A program made the position numbers and the translations under genes. The notes under the pieces were generated by a model. The model searched no databases. It saw nothing but the letters and a program-made list of their open reading frames with translations, and had not been told where the DNA came from. This document shows, piece after piece, positions 20,087 through 29,147 of a stretch of 64,000 bases of DNA (position 1 is its first letter; each line of letters opens with the position of its first letter). The stretch lies in NCBI GenBank assembly GCA_965215015.1, contig OZ244042.1:96001-160000 (forward strand). Direction: 5' to 3'. Source of the stretch: Candidatus Poribacteria bacterium. GTDB taxonomy: Bacteria; Poribacteria; WGA-4E; PCPOR2b.

Positions 20087-20359
20087 TGGCCATGCACCTA
20101 AAGCTTGACGAGTTCCCCCAAGCGTTACCCAAGCAGTTAGCTCCGACTAGGCTTCCCTGCGTCACACCCCCAGATTATCTACCGCTGCTTCCTTCCGGAC
20201 CTGACGGGGTTTGATAATTGTGAGTTGCTCAGGACCCAATCTTCATCACCACTTACATGGGGCAGTCCTCAAAAGAAGTTCGCCGCACAATAGGAATTCA
20301 GCCCTGCTATAGCGGATTGCAGGTTCAGGGCACCGCTACCTCCCCGCTTAGCATAGCCA
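20087..20359 (-). ncRNA. ffs: Signal recognition particle RNA, large (Alu-domain) type
   Basis: The minus strand starts GCTATGCTAAGCGGGGAGGTAGCGGTGCCCTG.ACCTGCAATCCGCT like Bacillus scRNA and contains the helix-8 motif TCAGGTCCGGAAGGAAGCAGC. The two ends pair. Confidence 0.93.
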
Positions 20360-20379
20360 AGTCTCGACAAAGGTGATAA

Positions 20380-20470
20380 TGGCGGAGAGAGTGGGATTCG
20401 AACCCACGGTACAGTTACCTGCACACATGATTTCCAGTCATGCCAGTTCAACCAACTCCTGCATCTCTCC
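20380..20470 (-). tRNA. tRNA-Ser(GGA)
   Basis: Cloverleaf with long variable arm; anticodon arm CATGA-CT-GGA-AA-TCATG; CCA encoded. Confidence 0.95.
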
Positions 20471-20575
20471 GAAAATCTTGAGCAGCACCTGATTTCCAGC
20501 TAGCGTTCTATAGCAGAAAACCTGTCCCATGCTGTCCAAAAGTTTGTTCCAATCATTAACGATTGGCAAAATCTA

Positions 20576-20648
20576 TGGAGCAGACGGGATTTGAACCCGT
20601 GACCTCATCCGTGCGAGGGATGCGCTCTCCCAACTGAGCCACTGCCCC
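20576..20648 (-). tRNA. tRNA-Ala(CGC)
   Basis: G3:U70 pair; anticodon arm CATCC-CT-CGC-AC-GGATG; CCA not encoded. Confidence 0.93.
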
Positions 20649-20654
20649 AAAAGG

Positions 20655-20743
20655 CGGAGAGAGTGGGATTCGAACCCACGGTGACGATAACGCCACAACA
20701 GTTTTCGAGACTGTCCTGTTCAACCGGGCTCCAGCATCTCTCC
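20655..20743 (-). tRNA. tRNA-Ser(CGA)
   Basis: Anticodon arm ACAGT-CT-CGA-AA-ACTGT; long variable arm. Confidence 0.95.
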
Positions 20744-20749
20744 AAAAAT

Positions 20750-21199
20750 TTAGGTTCGCCGACCTCGAAAAAAAGATTTGAGCAGCTGGCTGCTCTCTTC
20801 TGCTAAAACCCCCTGCGTGATATCCACTTGGTGATTAAGCCGGTTGTCTTGTAATAGGTTAAACAGTGTTCCTGCAGCACCCGACTTTGGATCTGAGGCG
20901 GCGTAAACAACCCGCGGAATGCGAGCCAAGACGATTGCCCCACAACACATCGGACACGGTTCCAAAGTTACATAAAGCGTCGTATCCGTTAAACGCCAAT
21001 CACCGACAGATGAAGCAGCCAATCGAATCGCAATCAGTTCTGCGTGAGCGGTTGGATCCTTTGCCCCTTCCCGCTGATTGTGCGAGCAAGCGAGGACAAT
21101 TCCGTCCTTGACGATAATCGCACCAACGGGCACTTCACCGAACGAGGCACCCTGACGTGCAACAGCGAGAGCTTCACGCATCCAGAACTGATCCGACAT
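20750..21199 (-). CDS. tadA: tRNA adenosine(34) deaminase TadA
   Basis: Motifs GEVPVGA, DPTAHAE, VTLEPCPMC, RLNH. Confidence 0.95.
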   Translation of the reverse strand: MSDQFWMREALAVARQGASFGEVPVGAIIVKDGIVLACSHNQREGAKDPTAHAELIAIRLAASSVGDWRLTDTTLYVTLEPCPMCCGAIVLARIPRVVYAASDPKSGAAGTLFNLLQDNRLNHQVDITQGVLAEESSQLLKSFFRGRRT

Positions 21200-21393
21200 T
21201 GCAAAAGATCGAGGCGGGACGATTGCCCCAATTCGCCCTTTCGGCCCCGCAGCCGGAACCACGGAACCGAAAACACATATTCTCGAATTACACAGCCCCT
21301 ATTTTCGGGGCTAGCTATTGTTTAAAAATGAAGAACAGGGGCCACAGATGTAGCCATACGATATAGAGTAATTACAATTACATTCACAAGAGG

Positions 21394-21850
21394 TTACATT
21401 TTTAGTGTGAAGTTTTGAACATCTACCCGGGCCTTGCGACGATCATTCTCTAGGCAACGATCTAGAGCGTCTTGTGCATCTCTTAATTTCTCGTTGGTTT
21501 TATCTAACTGAGGAGTGCTCATAAATAGGGCCTGATGTATATCCCCCTCAACGGGCGTTGGACAATGAGCACCTCTTAAATAAACCCTGTTCGTAGTAGT
21601 GCAATTCATTGCCCGTTTGTCCCTATCCGCGGCCTCCGCTAAAGCCGAGATCCAACACTTTTTCCCGAACGTTCAGGCGTTTCTCAAGCCGTGTCCTCTG
21701 AGTCATCTATTTAATCCGTGATTCAGACAATTATTATGAGCACCCCTCATCTACCTTGAATTCTTCTGCATCTACGTCTTGCGCTGCCAAACGAGCATTA
21801 CGTTCTGCCTGTGCCACAAGCTAGTCGAACCCCTCAAAAAGGAATTTCAT
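21394..21850 (-). pseudogene. Small helical ORF remnant interrupted by a MITE
   Basis: Removing 21510-21748 plus one target-site copy rejoins MKFLFEGFD*LVAQAERNARLAAQDVDAEEFKVD-KTNEKLRDAQDALDRCLE in frame. Confidence 0.55.
21510..21748. mobile_element. MITE-like element, TIR GAGG(A/G)GTGCTCATAA
   Basis: 15-bp inverted termini with 1 mismatch; flanks ATCTAACT / ATCTACCT. Solo TIR-like copies near 1442, 21566 and 46623. Confidence 0.75.
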
Positions 21851-21855
21851 ATTAT

Positions 21856-22168
21856 TAGGACTTACGCAAAATCAATAGACATAATGGTTGAAAAAGAATA
21901 GAAGGGACAGCATAGAGGTGAATATGAGCTAACTGACTCGATTCCTGTCAGTATTTGCTCAGCAGCTCTACCAACTATACCTTAATTCATTGCCAAAGGG
22001 GGCATTAATTGTTCGGAATCATATCGATTGTGCAATGTTGGTTCGGGTGCGACTCAAGCAAGGGACGTATCAGACAGCATTTATCAAGTCAAACACAGTT
22101 TATCCTCTAAATACCTACGACACCAATTGGAATCGCCTGCTATTCAGATGCAACTTGCGTAAGTCCTA
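21856..22168. mobile_element. MITE-like element, TIR TAGGACTTACGCA
   Basis: Perfect 13-bp inverted termini and a perfect 7-bp direct repeat ATATTAT (21849-21855, 22169-22175). No ORF inside. Confidence 0.85.
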
Positions 22169-22177
22169 ATATTATTA

Positions 22178-22251
22178 AGCGCCCGAGAGGATTTGAACCC
22201 CCGACCTTCTGATCCGTAGTCAGATGCTCTGATCCACTGAGCTACAGGCGC
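22178..22251 (-). tRNA. tRNA-Arg(ACG)
   Basis: Anticodon arm TCTGA-CT-ACG-GA-TCAGA; CCA not encoded. Confidence 0.93.
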
Positions 22252-22260
22252 ATAAGAAAC

Positions 22261-22350
22261 TGGCGGAGGAGGTGGGATTCGAACCCACGATGGCGGTTAA
22301 GCCATAACTGCTTAGCAGGCAGCCCAGTTCAACCACTCCTGCACCCCTCC
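22261..22350 (-). tRNA. tRNA-Ser(GCT)
   Basis: Anticodon arm GCTGC-CT-GCT-AA-GCAGT; long variable arm; CCA encoded. Confidence 0.95.
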
Positions 22351-22361
22351 ATTTGGAATCA

Positions 22362-22449
22362 TGGCGGTGGGAGTAGGATTCGAACCCACGGTGACTTGCG
22401 CCACAACGGTTTTCAAGACCGCCGCTTTCGACCTCTCAGCCATCCCACC
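22362..22449 (-). tRNA. tRNA-Ser(TGA)
   Basis: Anticodon arm GCGGT-CT-TGA-AA-ACCGT; long variable arm; CCA encoded. Confidence 0.95.
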
Positions 22450-22463
22450 AAAAAAGCGTTTCT

Positions 22464-22492
22464 ATTGTAACAAAAAAAACAAGCTTTGTCAA
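22464..22492 (-). promoter_or_regulatory. Sigma70-type promoter of the tRNA cluster
   Basis: TTGACA-17 bp-TACAAT just upstream of tRNA-Ser(TGA). Confidence 0.8.
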
Positions 22493-22961
22493 GAATCATT
22501 GAACGCTTTAGGGGCATTTAATTCTCCTGTAGGTCAAAGACTCTCGGAACGGAGTTGAAAACTCTCCCGGAATGGAAAGGGATCCCCGAATCCCGATACC
22601 TCACTGTATTGCTCCGTCCCGAGAGTTTTCAGCTTGCATCCCGATTTATCGGGGAGCAACTTCCCAATCGCGACTTATCCCATAGAACCAACAGAAAATT
22701 GAGTGCAGCGAAATCCCAATCTTATCGGGGCAGGGCGACATGTGCAGTTTGCGTTAAAACAGTCCAAAAATTTCAGAATAATTTTTCGAGGACCTTCTTG
22801 TGCAAAACGGTCAGGAATAAGTCATAGCGTAAGTTCTGCCCCTTTTTGTTCTATCAAAATTCTCCGGTTTACTCTGAAACTTTCGAGTGCTGCTCAACAG
22901 TGTTGTTCGACTAGCAGCTTCGGTTACACTTATATTGATTACAAAACCTGTGATTTACCGA

Positions 22962-23003
22962 TAGGGGCTTTAGCCCCGTAAAGCCCAAGCATTTATGCTT
23001 GGG
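22962..23003. mobile_element. Palindromic hairpins resembling an IS200/IS605 element end
   Basis: GGGGCTTTAGCCCC and CCCAAGCATTTATGCTTGGG lie upstream of the tnpB remnant. Confidence 0.5.
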
Positions 23004-23139
23004 ACGCTTTTTTTTATTGAAATCGCAGACAAAATGGAGTATACTTATTTTGTCTTTCGTGGGAGATTTTCACCCCTATCGCACGATAGGGTCTCCCACA
23101 CCCTCGTGAAATAGGTACGAAAGATAGAAAGACTCTCCG

Positions 23140-23760
23140 ATGAAAACCTACAAGCTCAAGATGTATAGCCATCACGGCAACCGTGAATTGCAACAAACGA
23201 TTGATGCCTACGCTGAGGCCTGGAATTACTTTGTTGCCTTGTGTCGCAGATACTATGCTATCTACAGCAAATATCCGGGCAAGAAGGCACTGATGCGACA
23301 CTTGACAAAGTTAAAGCAGTTCCCTCGCTTTGCACGCTGGAATCTTCTACCGAGTCAGTCCAAGCAAGACGCTATACAGCGGATAGACAATGGCTACCAG
23401 AAAATGTTTGCTGACCGGAGGCAGGGCAAAAAGTGCGGACGTCCTCGCTTCAAACCACCAAAAAGATACAAGTCGTTCCCCACCGCTAAGAACCCCCACC
23501 CCCCGCAAGCGGGGACGCCCCAGGTGGGCTATCCGTCAATACCTGGCTCATTGAGCCTAGAACGGTCTGATACTATATGGCTATTTGGGGTTAGGGGGCA
23601 AGCCGGTTGGAAACTGCTACAAAGCAACTCTATCCGTATCGGTCAGTGAATCTACCGATACTTCAAAAGTCGGGAAGTGAAAGGCACCCCGAAACGCTGT
23701 ACGATTAAGCGGGATAGCGTAGAAGACGTATGGCTCATCATTCTGACAGATTATGCGGTA
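23140..23760 (+). pseudogene. tnpB: IS200/IS605 TnpB pseudogene (N-terminal part only)
   Basis: Motifs MKTYKLKMY, WNYF, SQSKQD...RID, PRFK...YKSF, QAGWKL, TIKRD....W. Has a 120-bp insertion and a stop at 23647; no RuvC or zinc ribbon. Confidence 0.8.
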
Positions 23761-23821
23761 GGCATACTCTATTCCGATGGATTGGGATTCAAAGCAATAG
23801 ACTGTAACTGCACACAACCCC

Positions 23822-23847
23822 GTAGGTCGAGATTCATATCTCTACAC
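23822..23847 (+). repeat. GTAG-type REP-like palindrome (copy 1)
   Basis: GTAGGTCGAGATTCATATCTCTACAC; a near-identical inverted copy lies at 63219-63244. Confidence 0.65.
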
Positions 23848-23922
23848 CAAAATGTCAACAGAACCTAGCAACTTGCGCTATTCAATTCACTTTTTTTATT
23901 ATTCGTAGGAGGATAAATCAAC

Positions 23923-24759
23923 ATGGCCGAATCAAGTAGTGATAGGGTATATACGATGGGACGCAGCAAGGAGGAGACAGAACGGTTGATTCAGCAGTCA
24001 GGACTGTATGAAGATATAACAGGACGGCTTCTCAGGGAGGCAGGTCTTTTTACTGGAATGAAGGTCCTTGACATTGGCAGTGGTGCTGGGGATGTGGCGT
24101 TCGCTGCCGCAGAATTGGTTGGGAGTGAGGGGGAGGTCCTCGGTGTAGATATGAACCCGGAAATCCTCGAAACCGCCCGAACACGAGCGCAGGCAGCAGG
24201 TTTGGCAAACGTCCAGTTCGTGGCAGGAGACGCCCAAACTTTGGACCTACCGAACGACTTTGATGCCCTTATTGGACGCTTGGTCTTGATGTATCTCCCT
24301 AATCCCGTGGATACTTTGAAACAGCTCGCAACGCACCTACGCCCAGGGGGGATTGTCGCTTTTCAGGAGGTTGAGTTCTCGACCTACTCGTCAATTGCTC
24401 GTCCAGAGACCCCCATGATGAACCAGTTGGCAGAGTGGGGAGTAGAGGTGTTTCGATGCTCGGGAGCGAATGTTGGAATGGGACTTGACCTATACGGCAC
24501 TTTTGTCGATGCGGGCTTGCCAGAGCCTACTCTACAGTATGCAGCACCGGTGGGTGGTCCAGGAACGTGGATAGGTTACCAATTCATAACAAACGCCTTT
24601 CGCAGTATACTCCCGCTCTTGGAAGCATACGGGCTCGCGACAGCTGAAGAGGTCGATTTAGAAACGCTTGTCCAACGGCTTCGAGCGGAAGTTGTTGCAT
24701 CAAAACGTCCACTTGTCTTGCCGCCACATGTCACGGCTTGGGCACAACTTCCAACGTAA
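23923..24759 (+). CDS. Class I SAM-dependent methyltransferase
   Basis: Motifs VLDIGSGAGDV, GVD, FDAL.GR, LRPGG; RBS GGAGG. Confidence 0.9.
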   Translation: MAESSSDRVYTMGRSKEETERLIQQSGLYEDITGRLLREAGLFTGMKVLDIGSGAGDVAFAAAELVGSEGEVLGVDMNPEILETARTRAQAAGLANVQFVAGDAQTLDLPNDFDALIGRLVLMYLPNPVDTLKQLATHLRPGGIVAFQEVEFSTYSSIARPETPMMNQLAEWGVEVFRCSGANVGMGLDLYGTFVDAGLPEPTLQYAAPVGGPGTWIGYQFITNAFRSILPLLEAYGLATAEEVDLETLVQRLRAEVVASKRPLVLPPHVTAWAQLPT

Positions 24760-24785
24760 AGTTGCTTATTGGGTTTGGTATTCTA

Positions 24786-25101
24786 ATTCAAGTTGCTAGT
24801 TGTCAAACCTCCTCGGCTTGTATAGACATATCCAAGCCATCTCTGTGAATACGTGATGTTTTGTCAATCCACAGCGACCAGTGATTAACTCGATTTAGCG
24901 CTCATTTTCTGGGATCGCAGTGTTTCCTATAAGTGGCAACTTGAGTTACTTTACCCTGATAGTTGACAGCGTGGGCCTCCTAGCCCGACTCTCAAAGCCC
25001 CAGCGAGACGCCATGGGCGTAACCTTGGGAGGATACGCGATAAACCTCTAGTATTTGTCAAGTACAGAAACTCAACCTACAAACTCTCTAGCAACTTGGG
25101 T
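24786..25101. mobile_element. MITE-like element, TIR A(T/C)(T/C)CAAGTTGCTAG
   Basis: Termini ATTCAAGTTGCTAG / CTAGCAACTTGGGT; perfect 7-bp duplication TATTCTA (24779-24785, 25102-25108). An extra internal end lies at 24936. Confidence 0.8.
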
Positions 25102-25129
25102 TATTCTAATTGATGGCGATCGGAGTACT

Positions 25130-27223
25130 TCATATCCGATTTGCGATGAACATTTCCCCGACCGCCAACAGGAACACCCCAAGCATCAAATACCACCACA
25201 TCCCCTGATTTTTTTCAACCTCGCTGTGATACTGCGTGACCATCTCCGATGTGACAACCTCCGTGGAGGTGGCTTTTTCACCGCCAGTCAGCATGCTGTT
25301 CAATTCCTCTGAATCGCGGGTGGCAAGGTTGGATTCAATCGTGTCCGGATTGACAACGAAATAACGCGGTTGTTTGCCGGAGATATGCACGGAATAGATT
25401 CCCGGATGCTCAGTAGCGTCGTAGATAACGCCGCTGCCTTCGTTGATTTCTGTCCGGGTCTCCTCACCCACTGGGTTAAAAATGGCGACTTCTGTGCCCC
25501 ATGGCAGTTGATAGCCGCCCAATTCCACCAAATCACCGATGCGATAATCGGATTTCTCATCGGATCGTTTCAGCGCAAGGTATTTGACAGTTTCGTACAG
25601 AAACGGCAGATAAACACCGTGAATTGGAAGGTCTGTCCACTCCCGATCGATCGTTGAGGTGAAACAAAGCACACGCCCAGTCCCATAAACTTTCTCAAAG
25701 AGTGCCGGACTTCCATCATCAAAGCTTGCCAAGACCATTGAACCCTTTAGGGGCACGGTTTGGATGTACCGATAGAATCGTCCCTTTCCAAAGTCACCGT
25801 GATTTGGGTCTTTGAATGGATGGAAAATGGGGTGGTCGTAGTCGATCGTTGCGAGGACGCTGAACCGATCATGATCGAGTGCGTCGCCAACCGGCTGCAC
25901 GAAGTTGCACGGCATCAACGGTTCTTCGCCCTCACCGAGTGTACTCCGATATGCCTCCAAATCCATCCGATCTCCCGCGGTGATAATCAAACCACCCCCA
26001 GCTCCGACGAACGTCCTCAATGACTGTGGCTCCGCGCCGATCAAGCTCTCCACATTTGCCAAGATAATTACATCATATTTTGAAAGCTCCGAAGCATTTG
26101 GCAGCTGATGAGATTGTGTCAAGTCGATTGGGACAATTTGAGCCCCCGGCTGGAGTGCTGCCTCCAAAAAGAATGTCTCACTTTCATAATCGCGCCGCCC
26201 CGGCTCCCCGTTGATGCAGTGCACCTTAATTGACTTCAGGCTTTGCAGACGGAAGTACCGCCTATTGTCAATCTCTAGATGGTCGCCCGGTATGGCAGCA
26301 TAGCCGGTGTGAATCTTTTCTGTTCTGAAACGGACTGAAAATAGAGCATCCATTGTATCATTGGGCTCGATATCGAGCGTAGTCATGCCGATATTGTTAT
26401 CATCAGCAAATAGTTGCACAGGTAATCCTTCAACCGCTTGCTCTCCAAAGTTCTGAACGCGGACAACCACCTGTGCCGGTGCCTGCTCGTTCAGCACCAC
26501 CTGCGGTACACTCACGCCAGTGATTGCGAGATTAATCGGCTCTTTCGCGCTTACATCGACAAAAGCAAGCTCAATATCGGGACTGAGTTTATCGGTATCA
26601 ACAAAACTCTCCCACCCGATCCGTTGCAAATCGCTGATGAAGTAAATCTGCTTATGTCCAATCTTTGCTTCCCCAAGTATCTCATCCGCCGATTGAATTG
26701 CGTCTAGGTAATCGGTCGTGTGATTGGTCAACGGCGCGCCCATTACCGCTGTTTGGATCTGTCGGTGCTCTACATCAAGCGGTTTAATCACCTTTGCTCG
26801 ATTACTAGTAAAGATAAGGGCAGAAGTGTCATTGGGTTGAAGGTCGTCAGTGATTTCTATCGCCGCCTTTTTCGCCTGATCGAAGGTATCGAGATAACCC
26901 ATGCTATAGGAGGTATCCAGAATAATAACGATATTTCGCACCCCACCTGTCACCCCAGTGGTAGCAGGGGTATTTGCGAAAAATGGGCGTGCGAACGCTA
27001 GCCCAAGCAACGCCAAGATCAGGATGCGCATCAACAATAGGAGCAGTTGTTTCAGTCGATGTCGCTGCACATTTGCTTGATGGGACATCTTGATAAAACG
27101 GATCGTGCTGAACACAAGCCGTCTCGCACGCTCTCGGTTGAGGAGGTGGATAATTAGGGGCAGCGATGCTGCCGCCGCACCAGCGGCGAGGAATAGAGGG
27201 GTTAGGAATTGGAGTCCAAACAT
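25130..27223 (-). CDS. BatA-domain / VWA-domain membrane protein (MoxR-associated type)
   Basis: N-terminal PLIIHLL..LLLLMR..LAFARP; MIDAS DTSYSM, T, SD; C-terminal TM helix. Confidence 0.85.
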   Translation of the reverse strand: MFGLQFLTPLFLAAGAAAASLPLIIHLLNRERARRLVFSTIRFIKMSHQANVQRHRLKQLLLLLMRILILALLGLAFARPFFANTPATTGVTGGVRNIVIILDTSYSMGYLDTFDQAKKAAIEITDDLQPNDTSALIFTSNRAKVIKPLDVEHRQIQTAVMGAPLTNHTTDYLDAIQSADEILGEAKIGHKQIYFISDLQRIGWESFVDTDKLSPDIELAFVDVSAKEPINLAITGVSVPQVVLNEQAPAQVVVRVQNFGEQAVEGLPVQLFADDNNIGMTTLDIEPNDTMDALFSVRFRTEKIHTGYAAIPGDHLEIDNRRYFRLQSLKSIKVHCINGEPGRRDYESETFFLEAALQPGAQIVPIDLTQSHQLPNASELSKYDVIILANVESLIGAEPQSLRTFVGAGGGLIITAGDRMDLEAYRSTLGEGEEPLMPCNFVQPVGDALDHDRFSVLATIDYDHPIFHPFKDPNHGDFGKGRFYRYIQTVPLKGSMVLASFDDGSPALFEKVYGTGRVLCFTSTIDREWTDLPIHGVYLPFLYETVKYLALKRSDEKSDYRIGDLVELGGYQLPWGTEVAIFNPVGEETRTEINEGSGVIYDATEHPGIYSVHISGKQPRYFVVNPDTIESNLATRDSEELNSMLTGGEKATSTEVVTSEMVTQYHSEVEKNQGMWWYLMLGVFLLAVGEMFIANRI

Positions 27224-27404
27224 AGAGTTGATCCTTGTTTTTGGGAGATGGTTTTCTTAAGGTGGAACTTAATCGTCTGAGGCATCTTTTGGAGACCGTT
27301 CCTTGAGTTTCTGCATCAATAAAGGGGTCTTGGCACGCATTTCGTCCTCTAAGTGGCATAGACATCGGCTAGTATAATCAAGGAGTAGTCATTGACAATC
27401 TCGT

Positions 27405-27560
27405 ATGGATTTTTGCCCATTCTATCGTGCATTATCACGATGTCTTGCACCCGAATTCAAGGAGATTTCCGAGTTTCTCGGTGTCCCTGTCAACACCGTC
27501 AAGGGCAAGTTACATCATACGCGTCAGCAAATTGGGAGGGCGTTGTCCGAACACCAGGGC
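27405..27560 (+). pseudogene. ECF sigma factor region-4 remnant
   Basis: KEISEFLGVPVNTVKGKLHHTRQQI matches the sigma-70 region 4.2 pattern; region 2 is missing. Confidence 0.6.
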
Positions 27561-27735
27561 AACCTTTTGAAAGCCCGGAGACAATCCTACAGCTTTAGCC
27601 GTGCGCCCAAAAGGAGATTCTTGTTGCATTCCGGACATGCAGCGCAAAAATAAATAAGGATAAGGAGTAGGACACCCCGTTTTCAAACAATCATGTGTTT
27701 CTCCTTGCTGGATTGGGAGGTAGACTGAATCAGGA

Positions 27736-28914
27736 TTACTCAAAGACCTGAAACTCGCCATTTTTGACAATTAGTACAACCGGATCGTAAACCGCATCCC
27801 CGACACCATTAAAAGAAAACGCCCCCAAAACGGTGTCGAAATTTTTGGTATTTGCCAGTGCGTCCCGAATTGCGGTTGCATCGGTGGATTGGGCGTTGGC
27901 AATCGCTGCGGCGAGAATATAGACCGCGGCATACGACTGCGCGCTCCAAGGATTCGGCTCACCCCCATACATCGCTCGGTACTTCTGGATGAAGGCTTGA
28001 TTACCCGATGTGTCAACCGTACTTATCCAACCTGCAAAAGAGATTGCACCCTCGGCGGCAGTCCCCGCGTTTTCGACATCGCTTATCAGGCTACTGATAA
28101 AAGGAACCTCGGTGGATAGCCCAAGCTGGCGACCTTGGACCATAATTCCAGTCAACTCCGGTGGTAGTGCTGCGATAAAGAGGGCATCAGGATTTGCCTC
28201 CATTATCCGAACCAATTGGGTGGAAAAATCGGTATCACCACTTTGGAAGGTCTCTATAGTCAGAATCTCGACGCCGATTTCAGTAAGTGTGTCTCTGAAC
28301 TTTTCAGAGCTATCTATAGAGTAGGAATCAATTTCATCATATATGATTGCGACCCGTTGATAACCGAGTTTCGCATGTGTTGCCCTGACACCACCGGGGA
28401 GCAAGATATCCGTAGTCAACCCGGCGCGGAAGATAAAATCACCAAGCGCACTCAGACCAGAGGCATTTGACGAAGAACTAAAAGCCACAACTCCATTTTG
28501 TTGTGCGATTGGAAACGCCGCCTCGGCTTGACCTGAAGTTGTGGGGCCGAAGATAACAGGCACGCCATCCTGCTGAATCAGCTTGTTATAGGCTGCAACA
28601 GCCCCCTCAATGGTGCTCTGGTCGTCCTCGGTGATAAACTTGATTTTTACATCGCTGAGTTGCGAGCTGTTTACCTCCTCAAGCGCCAGCTCAAAACCAC
28701 GTTGTATCGGTAGAGCAAAACCAGCGAGCCGTCCCGTGACAGGGTAGACAAGGCCAATGGAAATCTTGAGCCCTTCCCTATGGGGTGGTGCAGAGACGAG
28801 AAGCTGCCCAATCTGGTCACAGGCAGAAAACCCCACAATCAGGGCAACAATCGCCGGTACAAACGCAAATGTGGTGAATCTTCTGATATTCATTTTTAAC
28901 CTCATTGGTTTCAT
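27736..28914 (-). CDS. ABC transporter substrate-binding lipoprotein (LivJ/Peripla_BP_6 type), no cognate transporter nearby
   Basis: Motifs IGLVYPVTG, EDDQS, GPTTS, FIFR, DFSTQL, AQSYAAV; lipobox SAC. Confidence 0.88.
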   Translation of the reverse strand: MKPMRLKMNIRRFTTFAFVPAIVALIVGFSACDQIGQLLVSAPPHREGLKISIGLVYPVTGRLAGFALPIQRGFELALEEVNSSQLSDVKIKFITEDDQSTIEGAVAAYNKLIQQDGVPVIFGPTTSGQAEAAFPIAQQNGVVAFSSSSNASGLSALGDFIFRAGLTTDILLPGGVRATHAKLGYQRVAIIYDEIDSYSIDSSEKFRDTLTEIGVEILTIETFQSGDTDFSTQLVRIMEANPDALFIAALPPELTGIMVQGRQLGLSTEVPFISSLISDVENAGTAAEGAISFAGWISTVDTSGNQAFIQKYRAMYGGEPNPWSAQSYAAVYILAAAIANAQSTDATAIRDALANTKNFDTVLGAFSFNGVGDAVYDPVVLIVKNGEFQVFE

Positions 28915-29147
28915 CGGTGTGAAAGTCTTGGTTTACGTTCATTTTATCATAGGTAGTAACTTGACTTATTATATTTTATTTTTCTTTATAAGACAAACCT
29001 TTTTGCCAATGGCCCAGGCTTCGACTGACGATGTCCCAAGGCGTCCGTTGGGCATAGTGTATCTCAACTAACCGATCGCTGGCGGTACGATGCTTGATAG
29101 TCGTTAGACGATATGTTATACTGTCGTTTGCATATAAAAAGGAGGAT

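Noticed and set aside
20380-22449. tRNA-anchored prophage or integrative element
   Set aside because: No integrase, no phage genes, and no duplicated tRNA 3' end elsewhere in the window.
22361-22558. ORFs overlapping tRNA/SRP genes (22361..22558, 20269..20451)
   Set aside because: They are fully explained by the RNA genes.
23140-23868. Active TnpB/omegaRNA system or a TldR-like repressor
   Set aside because: An internal stop, the loss of all RuvC and zinc-finger sequence, and no identifiable right end.
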